A DNA stretch of 64,000 nt from Hormiphora californensis. Taxonomy: Eukaryota > Animalia > Ctenophora. Positions 25,958-38,431 of this stretch are shown here, in pieces. The notes under the pieces are model-generated. The model worked only from the letters and a program-made list of their open reading frames with translations. It made no database searches and had not been told where the DNA came from. The stretch lies in NCBI GenBank assembly GCA_020137815.1, contig CM035350.1:496001-560000 (forward strand), written 5' to 3'. The translations under genes were made by a program, and so were the position numbers. The stretch's first letter is position 1. Each line of letters opens with the position of its first letter.

Positions 25958-26713
25958 TTACTCTATCTATCCCAATTTTTATCTTTCTCGATGTCCATCA
26001 TTAAATGACAGTTATAGCCTAAATGTTTAACCCCCGTGACACCACATGCCCACATGGGCCCGGGCATCCAAACTAACACGGTCGCTTGTAGTGGGAAAAC
26101 GGTAATGGAAAACGAAGATACAGTAAGACGACGCGCAACCGTGGCCAATCAGTACGCTAGTACGTGCTGACACATGAACTTTTTGCCGCGCGTTATGCAA
26201 CGTGTGTCTCATTACTGTATTTCGCGATACCGTATTTTGACTGCAAGCAGCACTGTAATTTATTTAATCGGTTTTTGGACTAAATTTCTTTTTTTTTCGA
26301 AGTAAAAAGAGAATACCTTTTTTCTGATTTTAGCATATTTTGGAATCTGAATTGTACTTCATAAATATGCGAATAACGCCGTAACCGTTAGAGATAGAAC
26401 TTTTTCTCCCGAGTATCCCCCATAAATTGACGTTCTAGGACCAGCTGAAGTGGAAATATTCAGAATATGCATTAAATCATGAATCGCGTCGGCGCATAAA
26501 TATGCAAATAACGGCTAAACGGTGCGAGATAAGACTTTTTGGGGGGACGACCCCCATAAATAGACCATTCTGCGTCGAAATATGTCTATGAAAACGTTCT
26601 AGGAACAGCTGAAGAGGAAATATCTAGAATTTAATATGCATTAAATCATAAATCGGCGCATAAATATAACGGCTAAAAGCTATAGTGAAAAATTTCAAAC
26701 TACATCTCTTATA

Positions 26714-27480
26714 GGGTAAGCTGGGGCAATTTGGCCCACGGGGTAATGTGGTCCATGTATGGGGCAAAGTGGCCCTAGTAATAACATGTGGTCACGTGAA
26801 TTTTTCTCCAGCGGATACCTGCTCGTTCTGTTCCAAATTTTCGCTTTAAAACTGCTGTCATTTCTGTTTGGGTTGGCCGATTTTAATTTTGCAAAAACTG
26901 CCAGTTAGGCTTTATAATTCTCTAAAACGTGGTATAAAAATTTCAAGAAATTGACAATTTTTGTTGTCTTAATTGTCAATTTTGTCAAACTGTGGTCCAC
27001 TCTCTGGGGGAAAGTGGTCCACTCTGGGGCAAAGTGGGTCAGTCAAGACGGTAAAATTAGGGGCAAAGTGGCCCAATTTTTTTCTTAATTGTCAATTTTG
27101 TGAAATCGGGGCGAATATGGCCCACTCTCCGGGGCAAAGTGGTCCGGTCTGGGGCAAAGTGGCCCACCTCCAGGACCACTGAAATGGCGCCTGCAATACC
27201 ACGTGACATTGGAATGCACAAAAATGTAGTCCAAATCAAGCACCACAGTAAAGGAATACACACTGCACAAAGGGGAAAGAGAAACGGAGCTGTGTCATGC
27301 GTTACCATGGTTACACACACAGTAGCATTCCTTAACCCTTAATCCTGATTAGGTCCCTTAATCTGCTTGGACCAATGAAATGTAGCTTGCAATACCACGT
27401 GACACTGCAGTGCAGTACCGGGGCAAAGCGGCCCAGAACAGAAGCTGCTGGAGACAACATGGGCCACTTTGCCCCCCCCC
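26714..27480. mobile_element. Partial GGGGCAAAGTGGCCC MITE
   Basis: Starts TA|GGGTAAGCTGGGG. Confidence 0.65.
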
Positions 27481-27586
27481 CCCCCCACTTATGAGTGAAA
27501 CCCAAGACCTGTATAACAATTACGGGTGCAAACCTATATATATAGCATCATGTTTTTTTATCCAGTGGTCATGGAGTGGTATGCAC

Positions 27587-27698
27587 CGAATCCGGGGAAA
27601 TGACACTTTGTGTCACGCGCCCGGAAACGAAAGCTGATCGTTCTGGGATGCATATCTATGAATCTTGATCTCATCTTCGGATTGATGATCTGGTCTCG
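27587..27698 (-). CDS. Ly6/uPAR-like protein, exon 4 (acceptor may instead be 27689)
   Basis: Phase 0 to 1; (RDQ)IINPKMRSRFIDMHPRTISFRFRARDTKCHFPGF; weak GTGCAT donor. Confidence 0.45.
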
Positions 27699-27852
27699 CT
27701 GGACCATAAAGCAGCCGTGGGTTTGGAAGTGGGAGGCACAAACAACAACAACATTGTCATCACAGAAGAATTTAATAACTGACAGTATGACATGATGACT
27801 GACAGCATATTGAGAGACAGGTGAGCGGGATGCCCGCAATCAACATACTCAC

Positions 27853-27917
27853 GTGTAATGATTCTATTGGTAGATGTGAAAAATCCAGCCTCTGTATAAC
27901 CATTGTATAACATTTAT
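27853..27917 (-). CDS. Ly6/uPAR-like protein, exon 3
   Basis: CAG acceptor, GTGAGT donor; DKCYTMVIQRLDFSHLPIESLH. Confidence 0.6.
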
Positions 27918-29264
27918 CTGTCCGGCCAAACCGTGCTGTGTCACACGTCACATTACCACACGACTCTTAAATTAAATTATAATATTTATTGCAATCAAGG
28001 CACAAACTAATGTAGGATTCTATTTTGGCTGTAAGTTGTACCTATGTCACGAGACCGAAGATCGAGTGATATAAGTGCAACAATAATGATCCGAGACCAA
28101 AGGTCGAGGCAGATTCTTGTACTTTAGTGCATGAGCCTGTTGGTGTAACAACCTCATGAGCCTACGAGTGATATAGTTTTACTGTTTGACCGAGCCTGCG
28201 AGGGGATGGGCTCCCCAATTAGGTTTTGTTTCAAGTCTATGTGATCTCATCTCATAGCCAGTAATCATTGCCAACAATTGATGAGCAATAGGTTGTTATG
28301 CTGGTATCCGTGACATAACGCAATTTTGACCATGCTCGAGTTATCATTTCAAAACAGAGATTTCTAAACCCTGAATGATCTTTTTAGCACGTGCGTGCTA
28401 AAAACATCATCCGGGTGAATGCCCTAAAAATTTAAAACAAAAGTGAGAGTTTATTAGAGGGTTTAGTAGGAGCGCTTAGAACATGCAGATGCAAAAGTCG
28501 TGCACCACCCGAAATTTAGGTTACTGTCACTCGCTTCTTTGCAAAAAGTTGGCCCTCAAGTTTTTTGTAGATCTCGACAAGATCTTTCGAAAACTTGAGG
28601 GTCATTTTTTTGATTCGATGCATCGCAAAGGAGTGACACCTTTTTGGCGAACTAATTTCAATTATGCTCCTTTCTCGGAAGATGTACAATGTACACTGTA
28701 CATTGTACATCTTCCGATAGTATGCAGCCCTCAGGGAGAAGGTTAAAACCGGACCCATCAAACAAACCAAACATATGGACATGATGTGGACCGAAAGATA
28801 TGAGAGACCTCTTCAAAAACTTAATAGACCAGACCTAAGGGCGGCGACACACCTACTCACAGGGCACTACCACCTTAACTACCACATGAAAAAATTAAAA
28901 AAAGTACCTACTTACTGAATGCCCCGCCCTTTGGAAACTCCGACAGGAATCCTTTGACAGGCTGGGCCTCAGCATGTACGAAATTAGACACCATCAACCC
29001 CTTAGAAAAACGATCTCGTTCTATAAGAAGGCGATGGAGATACTTCACCCCCTGAAACCACCCCTTAAAGGGAGGTTTCCCCTGTGACCTGGTATGGCAC
29101 CAGCTCCCCAAGTCTCCTTGGGCCGAAGCAGTTGGCAACATACCAGCCAAACCACCCAGGACGGGGAACGGGAGCCCCATGGCACCCACCCCTTACTGGC
29201 TAGTGCTTCACACTAGCCAGCGTCCTCCCAGAAGAAGAAGAAGGCAATTTTCACATGCAACTAC

Positions 29265-29321
29265 CAAACGAACAAGCTGTTATGAAATTTCTGGATTCGT
29301 CATTTCACACAGCTCCGATTT
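29265..29321 (-). CDS. Ly6/uPAR-like protein, exon 2 (in-frame TGA at 29307-29305)
   Basis: TGTAG acceptor, GTAGTT donor; EIGAV*NDESRNFITACSF; phases 1 to 1. Confidence 0.5.
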
Positions 29322-29383
29322 CTACAGACTAAATCGACCGACTCGATCATCCCGACCCCGTAATCCGCTATGAGATGTTGTAC

Positions 29384-29513
29384 CATATGCTGCGTGTGCC
29401 AGAGACGAAAGATCATTGGTAGTTGTCCGTAGGATGCATGAAAAGCAGTCGAGTTTAGCATTGCACACTGCAAAATGAGATAACACCAAATAGGAAAACA
29501 TTAACAGTTTCAT
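29384..29513 (-). CDS. Ly6/uPAR-like protein, exon 1 (signal peptide + LxCxxC)
   Basis: MKLLMFSYLVLSHFAVCNA-KLDCFSC, the typical LU-domain start. Confidence 0.68.
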
Positions 29514-31809
29514 TTTAGGACAAAAGCTGAGAGGTATTTCTTTGGACTGCAATAAGTAATAATTGAGTTAGCAACTGTATGTCGTCATCTGCCTGCGTTC
29601 ATCTAAATCTGGCATCAGCTATGTGTATTTTGTAATACTGTGTGATTTTTATACTGGTATATACCCTGCTAACTTAAATAATGCGCCAGTGGCGAGAAGT
29701 CCCACTAGCGCGCTCTCAGTAAACAGCCAGTCCAGCGGCAGATTATTTCCCACTGGCAGGTTATTTATTTTTAACTCCTACGTAACATTCAAAGTGTGTG
29801 TAAATGATCAGTTCTTACTAAAATACAGAGGGAACACTATGTGCAACACTTACACACTACATTGGAGAGAAAGAAAGGACACATTCCGTCAATTACTCTC
29901 TCTTTATCTCCCCTTTTGTCTCACTCTCTCTTTCTCTGTGTTATTTGTGACATGCCCCTTATCAGGCTATTTCTTTCACTCTCTTTCCTTAGCAACTGCT
30001 TAGTACACTACCAGCAATAACAACAAAGGACCAGCCAACTACAACGCTTACCTACAATCTTCTATCAGATAAGATCGTTCATTCTGTTATTCATTTATTC
30101 ATTGTATTGTTATGTATGTTTCAGTAATTGTTGTTGTCTATTTCATAGTTCATAGTTGCCTGTTCTCAGTTCTAGGGTGTCTTCTGTCCTGTCAGTTCGG
30201 GTATCATTGTTGACCGTGTTTCACGTGCCGGGGTAGGGGAGTATTTGGCATTAGGTTGTGTCGCCTGTCTCTGTGTTCGTGCTCCCGCACGTTTTATTTT
30301 TGGAGTTATTTTTTATATAGTTGTTCAGTTCTTGGTCAGCACTTGGTCCTAGCTGTGCACTTTGGTTCTGCTCCTCTGGCCTCTCCTTAGTCCCTCCCTT
30401 TCTTGTTTCCAGTTCCTAGTCAGGTCTGCGTACCCTCCGGTTGTTTTGGGCTAGTGTAAGCTAAGTGTGCCGTGTGGGGTTCCCGCAGTTGTGTTTCCGT
30501 GGGGACTGGGGCCTCGTGTGGGCCAGTAGGTTGGCAGTTAGAGAGGCTTGGCTAAGGGACAGGGGCTGGGCAAGGGGGCTCTTGGTGTGGGGGAGGGGGA
30601 TCTGGGTTAGTCCCACCTTACGCACTAACACCGATCCGAATACGGGTTTCATTCACAGGGCATCTCTCCCGTGCGAGAAAGAGGTAAAGATCTCTCACTC
30701 TCCACCTAACCCAAACATGTTGCAGGATCACAATATAGATCTGTTGTATTTATCACAATCAACCACCCATTTTCCAGGTGCTTCCTCGTTCCCAATGCTC
30801 ATCTCCTGTGCAGTTCACGCACAGTGGGCACTATTTCTGTTTCTAGTTGCCTTCTTGGGGCCAGTGGCGACAGCTTCTTCTCCGCTGGTTTTTTTTCTCG
30901 GCTCCCGGAGTTTTCGTCTTGTCTTGGATTAGATAGGTCTTTTCCAGTTACGGTTCTTCTTCGGATCAGGGGTTCTCTGTCTAGTTGGGACCAGTAGCAG
31001 TTTCGTCACTCTGGATCTCGTGGTTGTCTTCTATTTCATATCTTCTAGTTCGTTGGTCTCCTTCTCTATCGCCGGTCTCTCTCATCTTTATCTCTCCTGC
31101 CGATCCCTTTTCATCACCCTTTTCTCCATTCTCCAAGGGGGTTTTGGATGTCATCCCGTAATTTCTTAATGGAGGTCTTCCTGGAATGTGGAGATAATCA
31201 TCGCTGTTGGCACTAAACTAATTACTGGAGGTCTAATTGGGTTCTTCACTCTGGACCCGGCTTCTATTTCGTCACCTTCCTGGAGCGGGGTTCCCTCGTC
31301 AGTCTGATGTCTCTCTGTCTCTCTCGCTGTCTGTCTCTCTCTTCTCACGCCTATCCCACGATCACAACGGGGGGGGGGGATATCTGGTGTGTGGGATGGG
31401 GTTAATTGGAGTTATTATCTTTCTCGGGTGGGCCATATTTTGGGAGACGATATCCTGTAGTATGGTCCATCCATAAAAAGTTATCATACCATGCAGTCAC
31501 CTCATAAGTACATACTTAGTTATCCAGCACGCACCTTCAATACATTACATCTGCTTGCTAACCAAGTCTTGCCTTCCTTGCGTGTAGAGTCGACAACTGA
31601 TTCCTTCCCACTGGCCTCACTAATCGGTTGGAGATGGAGTGGCTTTGGGGCTACTTCTGCCTAATTAGGCTCACTCTTGAGGGTTGGGGTGTTTCTGTTG
31701 GGTTGGGTGGGGGATGGTAAGGTTGTCCGCGTATGTCTCCAGTTTTTCATTGGTCGGCTCTGTTAACCCTTCTTCTATTTATCTCCGTCTCTCTCTCATA
31801 TTTATATTC

Positions 31810-32860
31810 TCGGAAGGGGGATGGAAATAGGGGGGACCAAAAAATAAAAAACGGAAAAAACAGAAAAAAAAAACAAAATTTTAGTTTTTTTTTAAGAAAA
31901 AAAAAATTTTAAAAAAAGAAAAAGAAAAAGTAAGAAAAAAAACAAAAAAAAGAAAAAAATTTAGAAAAAAAAAAAAATAAAAACAAAAAAAAAAAAAAAA
32001 TAAAAAAAAAAACAAAAAAAAAAATATAAATAAAAAATAGAAAAAAAATTTTTTTTAGAAAAAATTGGTTAAAATGGGGGGAGGGAAGGGAAGAGAAAAA
32101 GAAGAAGAGAGAGAGAGAGAGGGAAGAAAAAGGAGAAGAGGAAAGGAGAGAGAGAGAAATTAAATTTGAATTTTAGAGTAAGGAGGTTGAGGTGAGATGA
32201 GAGTGGAAGTAAGTGAGAGGTGATTTGGGGGGGGTTGGGGGAGTAGAGTGAGAAAAGAGAAAAGGGAAAGAGATGAGATGGAGTGAAGTGAGAGTGAAGT
32301 GAGAGTAGTGAGAGGTGGGTGTGGGGGGAAAAGAGGGCAGGAGGAAGGGAAAAAGAGAGAAGAGAGAAGAATTTTTTTGGGTCACCCATCCAAGTACAAC
32401 CCGCCCCAGGGGTTTTGGTTTTTTGGAATCAAAAGACAAAAGGGGGCCCAAGGGGGGGGGGGCCAAACCACACCGGGACCCAAAAAAAAAAACAACCAGG
32501 AAAAAAAACAACCAAAAAAAAAGCAAAAAAGGGGTTTTTTTTCAGGGAGAAGAAGGGGGGGGGATTTTTTTGGGGGTTTTTTAAAATTTTTTTTTTTTTA
32601 CACGATTTTTAACACGAACTTTAAACAAAAAACTAAATTTTTTATTTTTATTTTGTTTTTTCCTTTTTTTTCATTTGGCCCGTTTTAAACCCCATAGCAA
32701 CAGGGGGGGAATTTTTTGATTACCAGATATAACTGCGGGAAATCAGAGGGGGGGGGTTTTAAAATACTAGTAAGAATCTTTAAAAAAATATGATTGGTGT
32801 TAATCATTTTAATGACAGGTTAAACCGGGGGCCCCAAAAGGGGAGGGGAGAGAATATTGA
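31810..32860. other. Homopolymer-rich, probably unpolished assembly segment
   Basis: Long irregular A/G/T runs, unlike the flanks. Confidence 0.6.
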
Positions 32861-33221
32861 GGCAGGGAAGCGATGTTACTAGATGACGTGGCACAACACT
32901 GCACCCCACGGTAAACCCTCCTACTTAAAAGTCTCTAGTTGATTCAGTTCTAAGTTGTTTAGTAATGCTGTACGTTGCTAGTTTGTGAGTATAGGGATCC
33001 CTAAAAAAGTTCAGTATTTACACAGCGTTTACACCATTTCAGCCATTACGGTTTTCCCACGATAGCGTGGGAAGAAAAAAATTCGAAATCTGCGCTGTGA
33101 TTTTAAAGTGAGAGTGGACCGACACAAAATTGGACAATGTTCTTGTAGGTAGTGTCGGTCCACTCTCACTAAATTTTCCATCGTCAGAAATTAAGCCAGT
33201 AATTCCTGTATTTCAATTAAG

Positions 33222-33433
33222 ATGTCCCGATGGGTATTCCTGTTCATGACGTTGCTCCTGGTGGAAGGCTTAAAGGAAACTTCTGATTCAGACAAGCAGA
33301 CGTTGGAAGATGTTAAGGAAGAAAAACCAGCTGAATGGATCCATGATGATGATATCTACATCTTGGAACCATGGGTTGTCGACAAATTCAAGGCTCAGTT
33401 TCTTAACGTTATGGTTCTCTTCTACGGCAAAGG
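33222..33433 (+). CDS. Protein disulfide-isomerase family (PDIA4/ERp72-like), exon 1: signal peptide, acidic stretch, start of Trx domain 1
   Basis: MSRWVFLFMTLLLVEG...DDDIYIL...VMVLFYGKG; GTGACT donor, phase 2. Confidence 0.8.
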
Positions 33434-33538
33434 GTGACTAATCTTTTCCTGTTGCGTAGTAAAGTTTGAATGCATAATTGCTTTCAACAAAAACTCCACC
33501 TATATAAATTCGAACAAAGGGCACCCTGGTGGGTTGTC

Positions 33539-34687
33539 TGTGGTGGGAGAAATGGCTCACCCTAGAACAATTGCAAGTTAATAGCAAAAATGCATAATAA
33601 CCTGTAAATCACATGTAATTCGAAGTTCAAACTAGTTTTGAAATAGTTTTGAAATTTTTTTAGAAAAATTTTAGTTTTAAAATAGCTTTTGAAATAGTTT
33701 TGAAATAGTTTTGAAATAGCTTTTGAAATAGCTTTTGAAATAGCTTTTGAAATAGCTTTTGAAATGGCTTTGGACGGGTGGTAGAAATGGCTCATGTGGC
33801 TCATCTGGCAGCTGCACGATTATTATGAACACAAGGACATTCATATAAAAGCGAAAAACAGTGTACCCGACTAATTTTAATACGCTGAATCACGTGAGCA
33901 ACTCTGGCAAGCGCTCAGATGTGAAGAAAGTGCACTAATTGAGCATAATTGGGTGTAATTGACCGGACTTACAACTTTTCTCCTGAAAACGCTAGAAGTT
34001 AATGTGAGGGCACTTTTCCGACTAACTTTGATACGCTGATTCACGTAAGCAACTTTTCCAAGCCCTAAGAGGCGGGGAAATTGCCCTAATTGAGTCTGAT
34101 TGGGTCTAATTGACCATAATTGCTCAATTAGGGCACTTTCTTCACATCTGAGCGCTTGGAAAAGTTGCTCACGTGATTCAGCGTATCAAAGTTAGTCGGA
34201 AAAGTGCCCTCACATTAACTTCTAGCGTTTTCAGGAGAAAAGTTGTAAGTCCGGTCAATTACACCCAATTATGCTCAATTAGTGCACTTTCTTCACATCT
34301 GAGCGCTTGCCAGAGTTGCTCACGTGATTCAGCGTATTAAAAGTCGGGTACACTGGTTTTCGCTTTTATATGAATGTCCTTGTGTTCATAATGATCGTGC
34401 AGCTGCCAGATGAGCCACATGAGCCATTTCTACCACCCGTCCAAAGCCATTTCAAAAGCTATTTCAAAAGCTATTTCAAAAGCTATTTCAAAAGCTATTT
34501 CAAAACTATTTCAAAAGCTATTTCAAAACTATTTCAAAAGCTATTTCAAAACTAAAATTTTTCTAAAAAAATTTCAAAACTATTTCAAAACTAGTTTGAA
34601 CTTCGAATTACAAGTGATTTACAGGTTATTATGCATTTTTGCTATTAACTTGCAATTGTTCTAGGGTGAGCCATTTCTCCCACCACA
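33539..34687. mobile_element. 1.15-kb foldback element in PDI intron 1
   Basis: TGTGGTGGGAGAAATGGCTCACC TIR; flanking GTTGTC direct repeat; (GCTATTTCAAAA)n arrays. Confidence 0.85.
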
Positions 34688-34747
34688 GTTGTCAACTGGT
34701 TCTGTTTGAGACGCATCCCTTGGGTGTGTGTGCTAGTTATTTAGTTA

Positions 34748-35626
34748 ACGTGTTGGGCAAAAAAAAGTCCCCCCTATAAGACTAGCATAGTTCCAGATAT
34801 CGTAGAGCTCTAAAATTTTACACAGTTACTCTATGGGACAAATAAATAAGTTCCACAAAATTTCAGACTTTTAGCCCAAAGTTCATTTTTTTGATCGGAA
34901 TGAACATTGTTATTCATTCCAAAAAAACATGATTTTTCGGTCCAGAAGCCATGCAATTGTCTTTGGCTCTCGATTTTCTTTCAAATGCGACCAAGAAAAG
35001 CCAAAACGGACAACCACAAGGCACATAGTGGTCATGTTTCTGACAGTTAGTCAGATCATGTGATCCCTATCGAATCGTGAGTTGCTAATCAGGCTTAGTG
35101 GGGAAGAATCACGTATCACAGTCGCTAATGAGGGATGTGTATCGAAAAAGCGACATGTGATTCGGGAGCACTTGGGTAAAGAGGCCACTTGTTAATGAGC
35201 TTCGGATCTCATGACCAATAGTCATCGTCATCCCTCATTAGCAGCTGTGATACGTGATTCTCCACCATTAAGCCTGATTAGCAATTCTGAACAAATTACA
35301 CGATTCGGTGGGGATCACATGACCTGACTAACTGTCAGAAACATGACCACTGTGTGCCTTGTGGTTGTCCGTTTTGGCTTTTCTTGGTCGCATTTGAAAG
35401 AAAATCGAGAGCCAAAGACAATTGCTTGGCTTCTGGACCGAAAAATAATGTTTTTTGGAATGAATAACAATGTTCATTCTGATCAAAAAAATGAACTTTG
35501 AGCTAAAAGTTTGAAATTTTGTGGAACTTATTTATTTGTCCCATAGAGTAACTGTGTAAAATTTTAGAGCTCTACGATATCTGGAACTATGCTAGTCTAG
35601 GGGGGACATTTTTTTGCCCAACACGT
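34748..35626. mobile_element. TA-flanked foldback MITE
   Basis: TA|ACGTGTTGGGCAAAA...TTTTGCCCAACACGT|TA; ~320-bp arms. Confidence 0.85.
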
Positions 35627-35834
35627 TATATAGTCTGTAAAAGTCAAACCGGTCGGCTTTTTAATCTTTTCATTTGGCGAGATATAAGCTCAGTGTTTAT
35701 CTGCTCAACCTTGCATTACATAACCCTTATCATCCGCTAAGACAATCCACTTTTGATAGTTCGCAATTGTGAGGTACACTCATAATAAAAATGTGCTACA
35801 TAAATACTAACTAATATTTAAAAATATTCGCCAG

Positions 35835-35954
35835 ATGTGGCAACTGTCAGTGGATGATGGGAGAGTACAGAAAAGCAGCCAAGACTGCTAAACAGAAAAA
35901 ACTCGGAATGAAATTTGCTATGATGAACGGAATCGCCAACAGAGACTTTACTAA
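35835..35954 (+). CDS. PDI-like exon 2 with CGNC active site
   Basis: CAG|A TGT GGC AAC TGT; CGNCQWMMGEYRKAAKTAKQKKLGMKFAMMNG; GTAAGT donor. Confidence 0.85.
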
Positions 35955-36009
35955 GTAAGTTTATTATTAACTCCACTGCAGTTATTCAGTGCTGGCTCAG
36001 CTCTAGTCC

Positions 36010-36725
36010 TGTCCGAAACGGCCGAAATCTCGAGTTCACTGAGAATGGCGGACTCGGGTACATGACTGAAACTCGAACGGATGATAACTCGAGCTCGAAC
36101 TCGAAAATTTCGGACTATAGCTCACTTTTGAAAATCTCGAATTTAGGTGAGTTATATAGTCCGGATCTGGTGACTTTCTGTCCGCCCCACTATTTAGGGT
36201 GAGTTAGAGTCCCAGATGGAAATTAACTCACCTCTTATGGGAACTCGAGAATTCGGCAGATAGGCCGGATACGAGAGTTCACTGGATTATATTCATCTTA
36301 GTAGTGTTATGGTTGTCGTTTGGGTTCGATGTTAGGGTTGTGTTAGGGTTGGGTTGGGTTTTACGGTAAAATCCATGCGACTGCGAGTTCGAAATTAGAA
36401 ATTTCGTCCCAGCTATCGACTTTTTGTCCTAGCAAAAAATCGAAAAAAATGTGGACAGAAAGTCACCAGAAAAAAAGAACTCGACGCCAATTTTCTGACA
36501 ATAACTCACTTTCGAGTTACTGTCCAGGTGAGTCCTAAAGCCGCGGACTCTAATATGTCTAATATAGATTTATGTTTAATATATATTTATGTAGAAATAG
36601 AGTCCGCCCTGTTTAGACATAGATTCGTCCTAGAGTTTAGACCTATTAGGACTCGATCTATATCTAAATCTAAATTTAGATATAGAGTCCACTGTAGTCC
36701 AGTGTAGAACTAGAGTCCGCACACC
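36010..36725. mobile_element. Rearranged copy of the TTAGGG-bearing MITE family
   Basis: Right end CTAGAGTCCGCACACC; shared CGAGATTTCGGCCG and TTAGGG modules. Confidence 0.6.
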
Positions 36726-36738
36726 ATATCCGTCCTAT

Positions 36739-36975
36739 CACTGCACTGGTAAGTGCCCCGTGGCCTAATGGGGGTCTTGGGGCGAAAAGAGTCATATCAT
36801 CATATCAATTTTCACTTAGTCATAACATTTTCGGCGCGATTTACGACCCTTAGAAGTCGGGTTTCAGAAATGTGGTTTAAAAAATATTTTAAAGTTCAGA
36901 CAATTCTCTATTCATGATCTCTTTTCGTTTGGCCAGAAGATCGTTTATAAAATGTGTCTATCCGATACACACACA

Positions 36976-37011
<36 letters not shown>

Positions 37012-37266
37012 TGTGCCGGTTTCACTGAATCTTCAGATGAGACCAGTCTGAGGTATACGAAACTTAAAATCCAGTTTTTCAGCTATGAGCTAAACATCCA
37101 TGAATTTTGCCTAGCTAGACCCTGTTTCGTAGTCTAGTGAAAACATGTTTAATTGACCCCATAATTTTTGATGCATTTATAATTCCTTCTCCAAAATTTC
37201 CTCTGGCAGCGCTTTTTTCGGGGGTGGGGATGGCAACCTTTGCGCTTGGCACTGGCCAGCGCAGTG
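36739..37266. mobile_element. CACTG...CAGTG element (CMC/EnSpm-like, 2-bp AT flanks)
   Basis: CACTGCACTGG / CCAGCGCAGTG; related ends at ~37657-37827, ~41746 and ~52692. Confidence 0.5.
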
Positions 37267-37551
37267 ATATATAATACTACGGACGGGTGAATAATGTAGC
37301 GCTTTTCATTTTCCAATTTCAAGCCAAACGGATTAAAGAGAGCCATACTGTAGCCTTTTAATAGTTTTAATATCCAGTTTTCCCGCCAAACGCCGAAAAC
37401 GTATACCTGTGTTTTTGGCGAGGGAATGACAACCTTGACGCTCACCACTCACCAGTGTAGTTATTTACATAAGTACTTGTTTCAGATAGCATCGCAAGAT
37501 CAGAATTTTCTGTTCTTTTTATTTCACTCACAGTCATATAACCTGTTTCAG

Positions 37552-37643
37552 AAATTTGGGTGTTAATGGATTTCCTCACATACATGTCTTTGGCGAAATG
37601 ATTCCTACCGGCTACCAATACAAAGGAAAAATGGTTGTTTCAG
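37552..37643 (+). CDS. PDI-like exon 3 (cis-Pro loop GVNGFPHI)
   Basis: TTTCAG / GTAAAG; phases 2 to 1. Confidence 0.85.
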
Positions 37644-38009
37644 GTAAAGTTTATCATAGCACTGGCAAGTGCCCCGGGCCCAAAAGGGGGGTGTGGGGGC
37701 GCAGCCCCCACCTTAAACGGGGGTGTGGGGGCAGAGCCCCCACCTTAGAAATACCCTCTAACTCAAAAAATAAAAGAGAGAGCACACGGAACAATTCTAC
37801 ACACAAGCGCGTTAACCTGCCAGTGCTACTATATACCATTGCAAATTTCGGGGTTTTTGATGCTTTAAAAATGCATGTTCCAGATGAAGTAGAGGGATGA
37901 AATTTTGTACTCTAAGGGCCCTCATATAGGAAAAGAGGCATACAAAATTTCAAAATGATTGGATGTAAGGTAAAAATTTCTGTTCTTTTTTACACCAAAA
38001 AGAACAGAA

Positions 38010-38431
38010 ATTTAGTCCAAAAACCAATTAAATAAATTAGTTTGGATGCCCGGGCCCATTTGGTGTCACGGGGGTAAAACCTTTAGGCTACTGTCATAAA
38101 TGATGAATATCGAGAGAGATAAAGAAAAACAAATTGTGATATAAAGAGTGAGATATATCGAGAAAGACGGAGAGATAGTAAGAGAAATATAAATAAAAGA
38201 GAGAAAAAAAGAGAAAGAGGGAAATATGGAGGTGGAGAGTGGGAGAAAGAGGAAAAGAGGGAGAAAGAGATAGAGGGATGGAGAGAAAGAGAAAAGAAAA
38301 ACGAGAGATGTGTATTGAAAAATAAACGAGATATGCCATTATTTATGACAGTAGCCTAAAGGTTTTACCCCCGTGACACCAAATGGGCCCGGGCATCCAA
38401 ACTAATTTATTTAATTGGTTTTTGGACTAAA
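38010..38431. mobile_element. Foldback MITE with GA-rich centre
   Basis: ~90-bp inverted arms ATTTAGTCCAAAAACC...GGTTTTTGGACTAAAT. Confidence 0.8.

Noticed and set aside
31810-32860. K/G/F-rich ORFs and extreme composition
   Set aside because: Most likely unpolished long-read sequence
37005-37045. Hammerhead-like CTGAAGA..GAAACCGG on the minus strand (also 3688-3715 on plus)
   Set aside because: No stable stem II or stem I and no proper cleavage triplet
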